This document shows, in pieces, positions 29,339-39,499 of a stretch of DNA of 64,000 nucleotides. The notes below the pieces were generated by a model. The model saw nothing but the letters and a program-made list of their open reading frames with translations, was not told where the DNA came from and did no database searches. Within the stretch, counting starts at the first letter, position 1; every line of letters starts with the position of its first letter. The position numbers were made by a program, and so were the translations under genes. The stretch covers positions 320,001-384,000 of the forward strand of contig CAXXFV010000004.1 in assembly GCA_963674595.2 (NCBI GenBank). Direction: 5' to 3'. This stretch comes from a bacterium. GTDB taxonomy: Bacteria > Zhuqueibacterota > Zhuqueibacteria > Residuimicrobiales > Krinioviventaceae.

Positions 29339-29745
29339 TTTTGTAATTTCAACAGTTTGTCTAAAAAATCCTGCGGACCGGTACTGGATAAGGCGAGTGA
29401 TTCCATGGGGCATGGGCCTGTATTGGTGCGATTGATAATAACAGGTGTTCTTTTTTCATACTTTAAAACAATATTGTTTTCCGCTAATATTTTTTCGGCT
29501 GATTCACTTGCGAGTGGTGTATAAACACGACTAACTTTAGCTAGAATACATAAATAAGCGGCGGCCAACCCGATAACTTTATCAACAACGATAGAGCCTT
29601 CCATTTCTTTTCTTTTTTCCAGATAACAAGTTAATAACGGTTTGAGCATCGATTCGCTGGATTGATATATAATCTTGTCGTTATTATAAATTCGAATTGA
29701 CAAATGGTCATCCAACATTTCTTTTATCAGTTTTTTCCATTCCAT
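29335..29745 (-). CDS. DUF1893 (TM1506-like) protein
   Basis: LKPLL, VVDKVIGLAAA, INRTNTGPCPMESL. Confidence 0.8.
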   Translation of the reverse strand: MEWKKLIKEMLDDHLSIRIYNNDKIIYQSSESMLKPLLTCYLEKRKEMEGSIVVDKVIGLAAAYLCILAKVSRVYTPLASESAEKILAENNIVLKYEKRTPVIINRTNTGPCPMESLALSSTGPQDFLDKLLKLQN

Positions 29746-29898
29746 TATATTTTTTTCCGGATCTAAGAATTCATGTTAAATTGTTTGCCGGAATATAAGA
29801 AATAGAAAATCTTTATCAAAAGTTTTCCTGTTACATAATTAATAAATTTTTAATATATTGACGTGTTTGGCGTTTGTTGAATAAATTTAAGGTGAATA

Positions 29899-30297
29899 TT
29901 GGAACATTATAACCTGATTAAAAAAGCATTGGAAGCCAGAAAATTTTCCATTGCACCCTATTCAAACTTTACCGTTGGTGCCGCCGTAGAAACGGATGAT
30001 GGTGAAATTTTCCAGGGCTGTAATATTGAATCCAGTTCCTTTGGTTTGACGATATGTGCCGAACGGGTCGCGCTTTTTAAAGCGCTGTCGGAGGGCAGGA
30101 AAAAAATTAAAGCTATTGCCATTGCTTCTCCTAAAGCATTCTTTTGTCCCCCATGTGGCGCCTGTCGCCAGGTTTTATGGGATTTTGCAAAAGAGGCATG
30201 CATCATTCTTGTTACATCGAAGGAAGAGGTAAAAGTCTTATCCCTATCTGATTTATTGCCGAATGCTTTTGATAAAGGATTATTATCTGATGAATAA
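29899..30297 (+). CDS. cdd: Cytidine deaminase
   Basis: APYSNFTVGAA, GCNIE, ICAER, PCGACRQ. Confidence 0.95.
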   Translation: MEHYNLIKKALEARKFSIAPYSNFTVGAAVETDDGEIFQGCNIESSSFGLTICAERVALFKALSEGRKKIKAIAIASPKAFFCPPCGACRQVLWDFAKEACIILVTSKEEVKVLSLSDLLPNAFDKGLLSDE

Positions 30298-30910
30298 AGT
30301 TATCGTAATCGGTGTATCAGGACCATCAGGTTCCGGCAAAACCCATTTTGTGAAAATGCTGCAACAGACTTTATCAGATGTTAACACGGCCGTCCTCTGT
30401 CAGGATGACTATTATAAAGACCAGTCAGACATAACGCTGGATGAGCGGGAATTAATGAATTATGATCATCCAAATGCCATTGATTTTGATTTATTGGCGT
30501 TACATATTATTAATTTAAAACAGGGACATGCTGTGACCCGTCCTGTTTATGATTTTACAATCCACACCAGAAAAAATGAAACGGTGCTTGTAAATCCCTG
30601 CCCGGTTGTTATTGTAGATGGTATTTTGCTGTTATCTGTTCCGGAGGTTTGTGATCTTTTGGATGTCAAAGTGTATATTGAAACACCGCCGGATATTTGT
30701 TTTATCCGGCGATTACAGCGGGACACCAAAGAACGCGGGCGGTCTGTTTCTTCTGTTATTCATCAATATCTATCAACCGTCAGGCCCATGTTAAAGGAGT
30801 TTATTTTACCCGGTAAGAAAAATGCCGATTTTGTTGTTCCGGGTACTGAGGATAGTTCAAAAAATTTTAAAAGGGTAATAACTCGAATTAAAGAACAGTT
30901 CAAACGCTAG
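30290..30910 (+). CDS. udk: Uridine kinase
   Basis: GVSGPSGSGKT, QDDYYK, NYDHP.AID, RRLQRD..ERGR; ATG at 30290 overlaps the cdd end. Confidence 0.93.
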   Translation: MNKVIVIGVSGPSGSGKTHFVKMLQQTLSDVNTAVLCQDDYYKDQSDITLDERELMNYDHPNAIDFDLLALHIINLKQGHAVTRPVYDFTIHTRKNETVLVNPCPVVIVDGILLLSVPEVCDLLDVKVYIETPPDICFIRRLQRDTKERGRSVSSVIHQYLSTVRPMLKEFILPGKKNADFVVPGTEDSSKNFKRVITRIKEQFKR

Positions 30911-30924
30911 GTGGTTATTTTTCC

Positions 30925-31131
30925 ATGTCAAAAATTTTAATTTATATTGGTATCTTTTTTATTGTTGGAGGACTGGTGGTTTTTCTGTTTGAAAAAGTGG
31001 GAATCCATCTCGGTCGGCTGCCGGGAGACATTTTTATTAAAAAAGAAAACTCGAGTTTTTATTTTCCGATAACGACGTGCATTGTTGTTTCAATTTTATT
31101 GTCACTTTTATTTACGATTTTTAGAAAATAA
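30925..31131 (+). CDS. DUF2905 small membrane protein
   Basis: LGRLPGDI..K...FYFPITTCIVVS. Confidence 0.88.
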   Translation: MSKILIYIGIFFIVGGLVVFLFEKVGIHLGRLPGDIFIKKENSSFYFPITTCIVVSILLSLLFTIFRK

Positions 31132-31150
31132 AGTGTTTTAGGAGCTAAAC

Positions 31151-31723
31151 ATGTTGAACATTGTTCGAAAGGACATTGGGTGGATTGAAGTTATTTGCGG
31201 GAGTATGTTCAGCGGCAAAACAGAAGAACTGATTCGCCGGATTAAAAGAGCGGAAATTGCCAGGCTTAAAATCGCTATTTTTAAACCGCATCTTGATGAC
31301 CGTTATTCAAAGCAGGATATTGTGTCGCACGATGCACAACGGATCCCGTCCGTTCCGGTGGAGAGTGCCGGAGATATTTTGTTGCAAAGCAAAGATGCGG
31401 AAGTGATTGGTATTGATGAAGCACAGTTTTTTAATTTGGATTTGGTGGATGTTTGCCAGCAATTAGCGGACCAGGGGAAAAGAGTGATTGTTGCCGGTTT
31501 GGACCAGGATTATAAGGGCAGGCCGTTTGAACCAATTCCGCAGTTGCTGGCTGTTGCCGAATATATAACCAAAACCCTGGCCATTTGTGTAAAATGTGGA
31601 AATCCGGCAAACAGAACACAACGCCTGAGCCATGATTCGGAACGGGTTGTGGTTGGGGCGGATCGTATTTATGAAGCACGCTGTCGTTTTTGTCATGAAA
31701 TTTATAATAAAGAGGACATTTAA
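31151..31723 (+). CDS. tdk: Thymidine kinase
   Basis: [30 protein letters not shown], Zn-binding CxxC pairs, YEARCR. Confidence 0.96.
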   Translation: MLNIVRKDIGWIEVICGSMFSGKTEELIRRIKRAEIARLKIAIFKPHLDDRYSKQDIVSHDAQRIPSVPVESAGDILLQSKDAEVIGIDEAQFFNLDLVDVCQQLADQGKRVIVAGLDQDYKGRPFEPIPQLLAVAEYITKTLAICVKCGNPANRTQRLSHDSERVVVGADRIYEARCRFCHEIYNKEDI

Positions 31724-31737
31724 ATAAAGGAAAAGAA

Positions 31738-33315
31738 ATGAGATTCATGGGAATTATTGGGATCGTTTTTTTATTATCCGTTGCCTTTTTATTTTCAACT
31801 AATAAAAAAGCAGTTAAAACCCGCATTTTGTTGTGGGGACTGGGACTTCAGTTACTCTTTGCCACTATTATCCTCAGCCAGTCATTTCTTTCATGGCTGG
31901 GTATGTTTGTTTTTTTTACAATGATTGTGGCTTATCTTTTTAAAGATATGCTTTTTAAAGATAAAAAAATAGCGTTCCTGCCGGTCATTTTTATTTTTGC
32001 CGGTGCCGTTGTAATCATCTTTGCCGGATATTTATTGGATAGTTTGAATGCGGCCTCTTTCTGTTGTATCCTTTTACTCATTATTCCCTTTGTATTGAAA
32101 TTTTTTAAAAAGCAGAGTTTAATAAAATATTCTGTCTTTTTGTTTTTTTATATTTTTATTGGAATGGTTATTCACCGACAAATTTATGGCCAGCATCTTT
32201 TTTCTGTTTTAGCGGATTATGTTTATCGCTTTTTAAAACTTGCAGACCTGGGCAGTGTCTTTTTATTCGGCAATTTAGCCAAGCCGGAGTATTTTGGTGA
32301 ATTCGGCTACCAGTTTGCCTTTTCTGTTTTACCGACTATTATCTTTTTCTCAGCCTTAATTTCAATATTATATTATCTGGGGATCATGCAGGCTATTGTA
32401 AAAGCAATTGCCAAATTTATGCAATGGACCCTGGGAACGTCCGGCGCCGAAACGTTAAACTGTTCCGCAAATATTTTTGTTGGTCAGGCTGAAGCGCCGT
32501 TGGTTATACAACCCTTTTTAAAAGATATGACAATTTCTGAAATAAATGCCGTTATGACCAGTGGATTTGCCACCATTGCCGGAAGCGTTTTGGGCGGGTA
32601 TATTCGTATGGGTGTGGACGCCGGGCATTTGATTGCCGCCAGTGTCATGTCTGCTCCGGCAGCGTTGGTTATGGCCAAACTTTTACTGCCGGAAACACAA
32701 CAATCAAAAACAACCGGGAATGTTTCTTTCCCGGAGATAAAAAAAGCCAGTAATATCCTGGATGCTTTATCAAGCGGAATTGTCGATGGATTAAAACTGG
32801 CCGTTTATGTCGGCGCCATGTTGATTGCTTTTGTTTCGCTTATTGGTTTAATTGATCTGTTTTTTGGTTTTTTTGACAAACTTGTGGATGCACGTTTGTT
32901 GGGTGGAAGCTTGATAGAAGGTAAAAACGAATATGCCGGTATTTTTCCCGGTAGTTTAAAAACATTGTTTGGAACAATTTTTTCACCGATTGCCTATATC
33001 ATGGGTGTGCCCTGGGCTGATGCTCCGGATGTGGGCAATTTGCTGGGAATTAAAATAGCTGTTAATGAATTTGTCGGTTATGCGGAACTGGGAAAACATA
33101 TTAAGGCTATGGATTTGTCGCCGAAATCTTTGGTTATAGCAACCTATGCTCTATGTGGATTTGCCAACTTTGCCTCTGTTGGTATTCAGATCGGCGGTAT
33201 CAGCGCGCTGGTCCCGTCCAGACGCCCGGATATTGCCAAAGTCGCGCTGCGTGCGATGCTTGGCGGTGCATTGGCTTCCTGGTTGACGGCTTCCATTGCC
33301 GGTATTTTACTTTAA
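31738..33315 (+). CDS. nupC: Concentrative nucleoside transporter (NupC/CNT family)
   Basis: LPTIIFFS, ANIFVGQAEAP, GFATIAGSV, SVMSAPA, NEFVGY, LCGFANFAS.GIQIGG. Confidence 0.92.
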   Translation: MRFMGIIGIVFLLSVAFLFSTNKKAVKTRILLWGLGLQLLFATIILSQSFLSWLGMFVFFTMIVAYLFKDMLFKDKKIAFLPVIFIFAGAVVIIFAGYLLDSLNAASFCCILLLIIPFVLKFFKKQSLIKYSVFLFFYIFIGMVIHRQIYGQHLFSVLADYVYRFLKLADLGSVFLFGNLAKPEYFGEFGYQFAFSVLPTIIFFSALISILYYLGIMQAIVKAIAKFMQWTLGTSGAETLNCSANIFVGQAEAPLVIQPFLKDMTISEINAVMTSGFATIAGSVLGGYIRMGVDAGHLIAASVMSAPAALVMAKLLLPETQQSKTTGNVSFPEIKKASNILDALSSGIVDGLKLAVYVGAMLIAFVSLIGLIDLFFGFFDKLVDARLLGGSLIEGKNEYAGIFPGSLKTLFGTIFSPIAYIMGVPWADAPDVGNLLGIKIAVNEFVGYAELGKHIKAMDLSPKSLVIATYALCGFANFASVGIQIGGISALVPSRRPDIAKVALRAMLGGALASWLTASIAGILL

Positions 33316-33332
33316 AATTTTTGGTCTCGTTT

Positions 33333-34166
33333 ATGTTGTTAAAAGAAAAAGTAAAAGAATCGCTTGATTATATTTTAGCAAAACTGCCGTTTCAACCACA
33401 GGTTGCTGTTATGTTGGGCTCCGGGTTGGGTACCTTTGCAGAATGCATGCGTGAATCTGTTTCTATTCCTGTAAAGGATATTCCCCATTATCCCTGTTCA
33501 ACCGTACCGGGTCATGCCGGAAAATGGATTGTCGGCAAAATTGGTTCTGTTCCGGTTTTGTGCATTCAGGGACGGGTCCATTATTATGAAGGTTATAGCC
33601 TGGAACAGGTTACCTATCCTGTTCATTTAATTGCCGGTTTGGGTATTAAAACATTTATCGTAACAAACGCAGCCGGCGGGTTAAATCCTGATTTTTTACC
33701 GGGAGATTTTATGCTGATTACGGACCATATTAATATGGGCCTTAATAATCCGTTAATCGGTAAACCGGAAAACCAGTTGGGACCGAGATTCCCGGATTTG
33801 TCACATGCCTATGATTCCGGGCTCATTGAACTTGCCGGTCAAACAGCGCAAAAGTTTGGAATGAAGGTGCATAAAGGAGTGTTTTGTTGGGTAACCGGCC
33901 CGTCCTATGAAACGGCCGCCGAAGTAAAAATGCTGCAAAAAATCGGCGGAGATGCCGTATCCATGTCTACTGTGCCGGAGGTTATTGTCGCCAAACAAAG
34001 ACGTCTGCGCGTTTTGGGAATTTCACTGATTACCAATTTGGCAACAGGGCTTTCCAAAACAAAATTAACCCATCAGGAGGTTACCAACGCGGCGGCCGGG
34101 GCGATGCAAAAATTTGAACAATTAATAACAAATATTATTACTCAGCTTGATCTAAAACCCTTGTAA
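33333..34166 (+). CDS. punA: Purine nucleoside phosphorylase (PunA/XapA type)
   Basis: LGSGLG, STVPGHAG, QGRVHYYEGY, TNAAGG, GPSYET.AE, MSTVPE; ATG at 33333. Confidence 0.93.
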   Translation: MLLKEKVKESLDYILAKLPFQPQVAVMLGSGLGTFAECMRESVSIPVKDIPHYPCSTVPGHAGKWIVGKIGSVPVLCIQGRVHYYEGYSLEQVTYPVHLIAGLGIKTFIVTNAAGGLNPDFLPGDFMLITDHINMGLNNPLIGKPENQLGPRFPDLSHAYDSGLIELAGQTAQKFGMKVHKGVFCWVTGPSYETAAEVKMLQKIGGDAVSMSTVPEVIVAKQRRLRVLGISLITNLATGLSKTKLTHQEVTNAAAGAMQKFEQLITNIITQLDLKPL

Positions 34167-34221
34167 AAATATAAATTTGATACATAAAAATAAATGTATC
34201 AAAATTCCAGGAGATTTTAAA

Positions 34222-36660
34222 ATGTCAAAACTGCCGATTTTACCATTTCCTCAAAAAGTAATTCATTCTAAAGGTGAATTAAAATTTTCAGATAAGTTTG
34301 TATTTTCCCATTCCGGTATAGACGATAACGAGAAAGAACATTTAAAAAATGTTTTAAAAATATGGAACGTAAATTTATCTGAAAAATCTTATCAGGGGCA
34401 AGAGCCGTTTCAGGTGATATGCCTTTACAATCCCGATAAAATCTCCGATCCAGACAAAACCGTTGCTGCAATCTCGGATGAATTTAATACAGAGATGAAA
34501 GACGAAGGATACATTTTGGATATAAATGAACATTATGTCCTTCTTTTGGCAAAAACCGCCAGGGGTATGTTTTACGCTATTCAGTCTTTAGGCTTTTTAG
34601 TCGAGGCATCCGAAAATCAGACATTACCCTGTGTTAAAATTCTGGATTGGCCTGATTTAAAAATGCGCGGCATTACCGACGATATCAGTCGCGGTCAGGT
34701 TTCCACAATGGAAAATTTTAAAAACATTATTCGTTTTCTGGCAAAGCACAAAATGAACACCTATATGATTTATATTGAAGATCTGTTTCAATTTAAGTCC
34801 TATCCTGAAATTGGAAAAAACAGAGGTGCCTTGTCTGCTAAAGAATGTGTGGAATTGCAAAATTATTCTGAAAAATATCATGTGGAAATTATTCCAATTT
34901 TTCAGACACTTGGTCATTATGAAATTTTGTTACTGCATCCGGAATTTATCGACCTGGCTGATTTTCCAGGGGCCGGTAGTTTGAATGTCACCTCGGAAAA
35001 GACCTATGAATTTTTGAAAAAAACACTAGATGAAATCGTGCCGGTATTTCAATCTGTTTATTTTCATATGGGAGCCGATGAATCTTTTGATGTCGGATCA
35101 GGAGCGAGCCGGCAGAAGACAGACCGGTTCGGTATTGCCAGCGTTCATGCCCGGCATTATCAGCGTGTTCTTAAAATCATTGAAAAGTATGATAAAAAGA
35201 TCATGATGTATGGCGACATTGTTCTGGAACATCCTACGATATTAAATGAAATCCCCAAAGACCTGATCATGTTTGACTGGCATTATGATATACAGGCAAA
35301 ATACGAATCGGCTGAAATTTTTAAAAAAGCAAACCAGCCTTTTATTGTCTCTGCCGGATGCCAGAACTGGAGCCGGTTTTTCCCGGCCATTGACGACGCA
35401 AAGGCCAATATAATTCAGTTTACCAAAGACGGATATGATAACGGGGCCCTCGGTTCCATAACGTCAAGCTGGGGTGATTTTGGTGCCGCCAACTTTAGAG
35501 AACTGAATTATTATGCCTATGCTTTTTCCGCCGCCTGTTCCTGGAATATTCATCAGATAGATTATATTCTTTTTGAAGTTAATTTTTTCAAATCCTTTTA
35601 CGGTTGTGATGATCCGGCCGTTAAAAGTGTTTATCATCATCTTAGCCGGGCTTCCCAATACTATGAACATATTTTCCTTTATGCTCACCCCTTTTATCCC
35701 ATCGAAAATGATTTAAAAAATTTAATATACAGGGCCAATCATCTTGAACCTATGGCTGATGTTGTTCAAAAGGAAATTCTTCAATTAAAAAAGAGTGTGA
35801 AAAAAAACGCAGATCATTTGGACTTTTTACAGCACAGCGCTGAACTGTATGCCTGGACAGGTAAGCTGAGTCAGTTGCAACTGGAGTTGCTGCAAAATGA
35901 CAAATCTGCATTTGATCCGGATGAGAAAAAATATAAAGCCGGGGTCCTTACCAGTCGAATTGAAAACCTGGTCTTCGAACTAGAAAATATTAAAAAGACG
36001 TTTGAATCTTTATGGCTGCGGACGAATAGAAAAGATAATTTAAAAATAATAATGGACCTGTTTGACCGAATCGGGTTGTATTTGGAAATAAAATTACAGG
36101 AAATAAAATCCGGAGATTTTTCTTTTAACGGCAAAATGCCGGCGCCTTTTGTTTCACATCCGGTCATTAATGGCGAAAATAATTCTGTTGTCTATGCACG
36201 CCGTCGTTTTTATATGGAAGAAAAAACCAACAATGCCTGGATTCAGATTGCTGCTGATTCCGATGCTGAAATTTGGATTAATGAGAAAAAAGTCGGTCGT
36301 GTTTTTTCATGCCGTTCCTTGTCGGCTATTGCTGAAAATGAGCGGGTAAAGGCATGGGAGGTTTCCGATCTTATAACACAGGGTGAGAATATTATTACTA
36401 TTAAAGTTAAAAACTATCGGCGTAATGGGAACGCTGCTTTTAATTGCTGGTTTGAAGCAGTGGATGTGAATGTTGTTTTAACAAGCGATTGCTACTGGCT
36501 GGTAAACAAAAATTGTCAGGAAGGATGGCAGAAAATTGATTTTGATGATCGGCATTGGCTGAATTCCGTCCCGATCGATAATTCCTGGATTATGTCGCGT
36601 CCCTATTTTTCTCATAACCTGCCCGGACGAATAGAGTTTTTTAGAAAAATGTTAATTTAA
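34222..36660 (+). CDS. GH20 beta-N-acetylhexosaminidase with C-terminal jelly-roll domain (no signal peptide)
   Basis: EGYIL, DWPDLKMRG..DDISRG, QTLGH, FHMGADE catalytic motif, DWHY; AGGAG RBS before ATG 34222. Confidence 0.88.
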   Translation: MSKLPILPFPQKVIHSKGELKFSDKFVFSHSGIDDNEKEHLKNVLKIWNVNLSEKSYQGQEPFQVICLYNPDKISDPDKTVAAISDEFNTEMKDEGYILDINEHYVLLLAKTARGMFYAIQSLGFLVEASENQTLPCVKILDWPDLKMRGITDDISRGQVSTMENFKNIIRFLAKHKMNTYMIYIEDLFQFKSYPEIGKNRGALSAKECVELQNYSEKYHVEIIPIFQTLGHYEILLLHPEFIDLADFPGAGSLNVTSEKTYEFLKKTLDEIVPVFQSVYFHMGADESFDVGSGASRQKTDRFGIASVHARHYQRVLKIIEKYDKKIMMYGDIVLEHPTILNEIPKDLIMFDWHYDIQAKYESAEIFKKANQPFIVSAGCQNWSRFFPAIDDAKANIIQFTKDGYDNGALGSITSSWGDFGAANFRELNYYAYAFSAACSWNIHQIDYILFEVNFFKSFYGCDDPAVKSVYHHLSRASQYYEHIFLYAHPFYPIENDLKNLIYRANHLEPMADVVQKEILQLKKSVKKNADHLDFLQHSAELYAWTGKLSQLQLELLQNDKSAFDPDEKKYKAGVLTSRIENLVFELENIKKTFESLWLRTNRKDNLKIIMDLFDRIGLYLEIKLQEIKSGDFSFNGKMPAPFVSHPVINGENNSVVYARRRFYMEEKTNNAWIQIAADSDAEIWINEKKVGRVFSCRSLSAIAENERVKAWEVSDLITQGENIITIKVKNYRRNGNAAFNCWFEAVDVNVVLTSDCYWLVNKNCQEGWQKIDFDDRHWLNSVPIDNSWIMSRPYFSHNLPGRIEFFRKMLI

Positions 36661-36674
36661 ACAAGTTTGTTTAT

Positions 36675-36702
36675 AAAAAAAGCGCCCCGAGGGGCGCTTT
36701 TT
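36675..36702. terminator. Bidirectional intrinsic terminator
   Basis: AAAAAAAGCGCCCC-GA-GGGGCGCTTTTT. Confidence 0.88.
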
Positions 36703-36707
36703 CATTA

Positions 36708-38636
36708 TTAATCAAACTTTTCTTCATTTTCTTTATCTTCAAGCTTTTTATACCATGCCGGAAAACGTTCCTTAACTTCCTCTTTTGTTATTTTACCGGT
36801 AAAACCTGTCAGGTTTATCGGATAGTCTTCCGGGTGGAAAATGGCAAAAAACATGTGATATAACACGATGGCTAATGTTGCGAGCCAGGCTTCATAATAA
36901 TGAATCGTCTCCGAGACTTTAATAATCCATGACGGGAAAAAGAACGTGGCGGTCGTGGGAAACCACAAAACAAATCCTGTAAAGGCCATCACGGCTGTTC
37001 CCCAAACCAGTGCCCAGTATTCGGCTTTTTCAATATAGCCGTATCTTTCAAACTTGGGCCGTTCTTTTGACAGTCCCATATGATATCTCATGTTTGCAAA
37101 AAACAAACGGACATCGCTAATATCCGGCATAAGGGCCGATAATTCACCGCGCCAGCTTTTGGCAAAAAACAGATAAAAAAGATGATAGATTCCTGCAATC
37201 AGCATGGTAACGGCTGCGGTCCTGTGAAGGATTCCGCGAATTGTTTCGTTAAAGCCGACATAAGAGAGAATTTTTACCCATCCTGCTTCAGGAAATTTTA
37301 ATGCAAAACCGGTAATGACCAGTATTGTAAATGTTACAAACATGGTGATATGCTGAATGACCCACGGTTTGTCAAAACGCTGGATTGTTTTTTGTGCCAT
37401 TAATGAACGGTATTTGGCGCGTACATAGGCGAACCAGATAATTAAATTATGTATAACCATTCCACCGATAACAATGACGATAAGGTAGATATATATAATT
37501 TTAATGAGTTCCGCTAATCTGTCCTCAGTAGAAGTCGGGCTGGTATGGATATAACTTCGTGCAAATGCTTCGGTGACATTAATATGACATTCACCGCATG
37601 TTTTTTGCAGATTAGCCGGATGAATAGTAGAGTTTGGATCATCTTCTCCAAAAATATTATGGATCCCATGACAGCTTGTACAATTTGCTGCTATTTTGGA
37701 ACCTCCTGAAGAGGCAAGTCCATGATAACTGTTTACATAGGAGGAAACAGGGTCAGGTAATAATCCATACTTTTCATTCAGTTTCGGCAGTCCATGACAG
37801 GGTGCACATGTTTTTTCTGCAATATTTAAAGCATATGTTGGAGATTTTGGATCTCCCGGTGAAAGTATTTCATGCTCACCATGACAGTTGGTACATGTTG
37901 GAGCTTCAAAAGCACCTTCTTTTAAGGAAATTCCATGAATGCTTTTGGAATATACTTCGGTGACATCACTATGACATTGCCCGCACGTAGTTGAAATGTT
38001 TGTAATGTAAATTGGAGAGCGGGGATCTGATTTTGGTAACAAACGATGGCTGTCATGGCAACTGTTACAACTGGCAGCCGTTTCATTACCTTCATTTAAA
38101 GCATGGCCATGGACACCTTTTTCAAATTTTTCAAACGGTTTTGCTATCTTTGGTGATGAACCTGAACCTTCGGCAACGCCACCATCCTGGTGACATGCAC
38201 CGCATGTTGCCGGTAGATTAATCGGATAGGTTTTGGATTCAGGATCACCGGAGCCTTTTATATTATGTGTTCCATGACAGGATGAACAGGTCGGGGCGAA
38301 TTCGTTCCCTTGAGCTAAGAATTGTCCATGTATTCCTTCAGCATAAGCTGCTTCTGCATCATCATGGCAATTGCTGCATTGAACCTTTTCCAGGGTTTCC
38401 GGATGCGGGTCTCCCTCTGCATCTGTATGACAGTCGTTACATGAAAAATCACCATGAACAGAATTTTTAAACAATTCTTCATCTACATAAATAGATATCT
38501 CTTTGCCGGATTCTGTTACTTTGGTTAAATCTTTTTCAGCATGGCACTCGAAACAACTTGACTGGCATAGTGCTTTATTAATAAAAATTGAGAAAATGAA
38601 AATGCCTGCCAATAAATAAATAATTTTTGCTCTCAT
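36708..38636 (-). CDS. Multiheme cytochrome c fused to cytochrome b membrane domain (CbcL-like)
   Basis: Signal peptide, 11 CxxCH motifs, then an FdnI-like cytochrome b region with His ligands and RYGYIEKAEYWA. Confidence 0.88.
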   Translation of the reverse strand: MRAKIIYLLAGIFIFSIFINKALCQSSCFECHAEKDLTKVTESGKEISIYVDEELFKNSVHGDFSCNDCHTDAEGDPHPETLEKVQCSNCHDDAEAAYAEGIHGQFLAQGNEFAPTCSSCHGTHNIKGSGDPESKTYPINLPATCGACHQDGGVAEGSGSSPKIAKPFEKFEKGVHGHALNEGNETAASCNSCHDSHRLLPKSDPRSPIYITNISTTCGQCHSDVTEVYSKSIHGISLKEGAFEAPTCTNCHGEHEILSPGDPKSPTYALNIAEKTCAPCHGLPKLNEKYGLLPDPVSSYVNSYHGLASSGGSKIAANCTSCHGIHNIFGEDDPNSTIHPANLQKTCGECHINVTEAFARSYIHTSPTSTEDRLAELIKIIYIYLIVIVIGGMVIHNLIIWFAYVRAKYRSLMAQKTIQRFDKPWVIQHITMFVTFTILVITGFALKFPEAGWVKILSYVGFNETIRGILHRTAAVTMLIAGIYHLFYLFFAKSWRGELSALMPDISDVRLFFANMRYHMGLSKERPKFERYGYIEKAEYWALVWGTAVMAFTGFVLWFPTTATFFFPSWIIKVSETIHYYEAWLATLAIVLYHMFFAIFHPEDYPINLTGFTGKITKEEVKERFPAWYKKLEDKENEEKFD

Positions 38637-38760
38637 TGTTTATCAGCTCTCATATTTTAACAATAAAATTCAAATTTTTGATTTGTCTGATGTACCAGCA
38701 TTGAACGATTAACATTTCAATTTTTATAGGTTGTTTCTCCCCGTATAGTTTGTTAAAATG

Positions 38761-38786
38761 CGTCCGGATAATTTAATATCCGGACG
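38761..38786 (-). terminator. Stem-loop downstream of the tetraheme cytochrome gene
   Basis: CGTCCGGATA-ATTTAA-TATCCGGACG; only a short U-tract. Confidence 0.55.
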
Positions 38787-38792
38787 TAAATT

Positions 38793-39347
38793 TTATTTGG
38801 CTGCGGGAACCGGATGAGCAATTTGTGCAAAAAATTCCTCATAATTAAAAGCTTTATATGTGGGGCTTTCAGAGTTATGACACGTTAGGCAGGTTTCCTT
38901 ACTTCCACGTGTGTAGGAAACAGCTTTGGCGTCTTGCTTTCCTGCTGCCAGGTCTTTCATAACTTTCATTGATTTGTATAATGAACCCGGGCCGTGACAA
39001 GCTTCACAACCAACGCCTTCATCCTGTTTAAAGGTGGCAGCTTTATCGGATGCCGGAGCATCAAAAGCAGTTACATGACATTTTAAACATTTGGCGGATT
39101 CTTGTGGATTTCCGGTTACTCCTGCTTTTGTTGCAACTGTTTTTGCTTCTTCTGTGGCTAATGTTGCAAAAGCTTTTGCATGCGGGCCGTTTTCCCATTT
39201 TTTATACTGCTCACCACTTTTTACACTTTTATGGCACATTTTACATTTTGCTGCACCAACATATTGTGCTTTTTTCCCTTGAGCAAATAATGAGAAGGCG
39301 AAAATCAAAATAAACAGAACAGGTAATAAATGTAATTCTTTTTTCAT
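38793..39347 (-). CDS. Periplasmic tetraheme cytochrome c (c554-like)
   Basis: Signal peptide; YVGAAKCKMCH, CLKCH, EGVGCEACHGPGS, CLTCH. Confidence 0.88.
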   Translation of the reverse strand: MKKELHLLPVLFILIFAFSLFAQGKKAQYVGAAKCKMCHKSVKSGEQYKKWENGPHAKAFATLATEEAKTVATKAGVTGNPQESAKCLKCHVTAFDAPASDKAATFKQDEGVGCEACHGPGSLYKSMKVMKDLAAGKQDAKAVSYTRGSKETCLTCHNSESPTYKAFNYEEFFAQIAHPVPAAK

Positions 39348-39499
39348 AACTCCTCCAAGTCATTGAAGCATGTTATAACGTCTGATAATATATGTAATTA
39401 ATCAATAGTATTTGAAAATAGCAATAGAATATTTACCTTACTGTTTAGAAATTCGACATTTTACTACAAGTGATGTGTTATAATTGAAAGAATTGAGTA

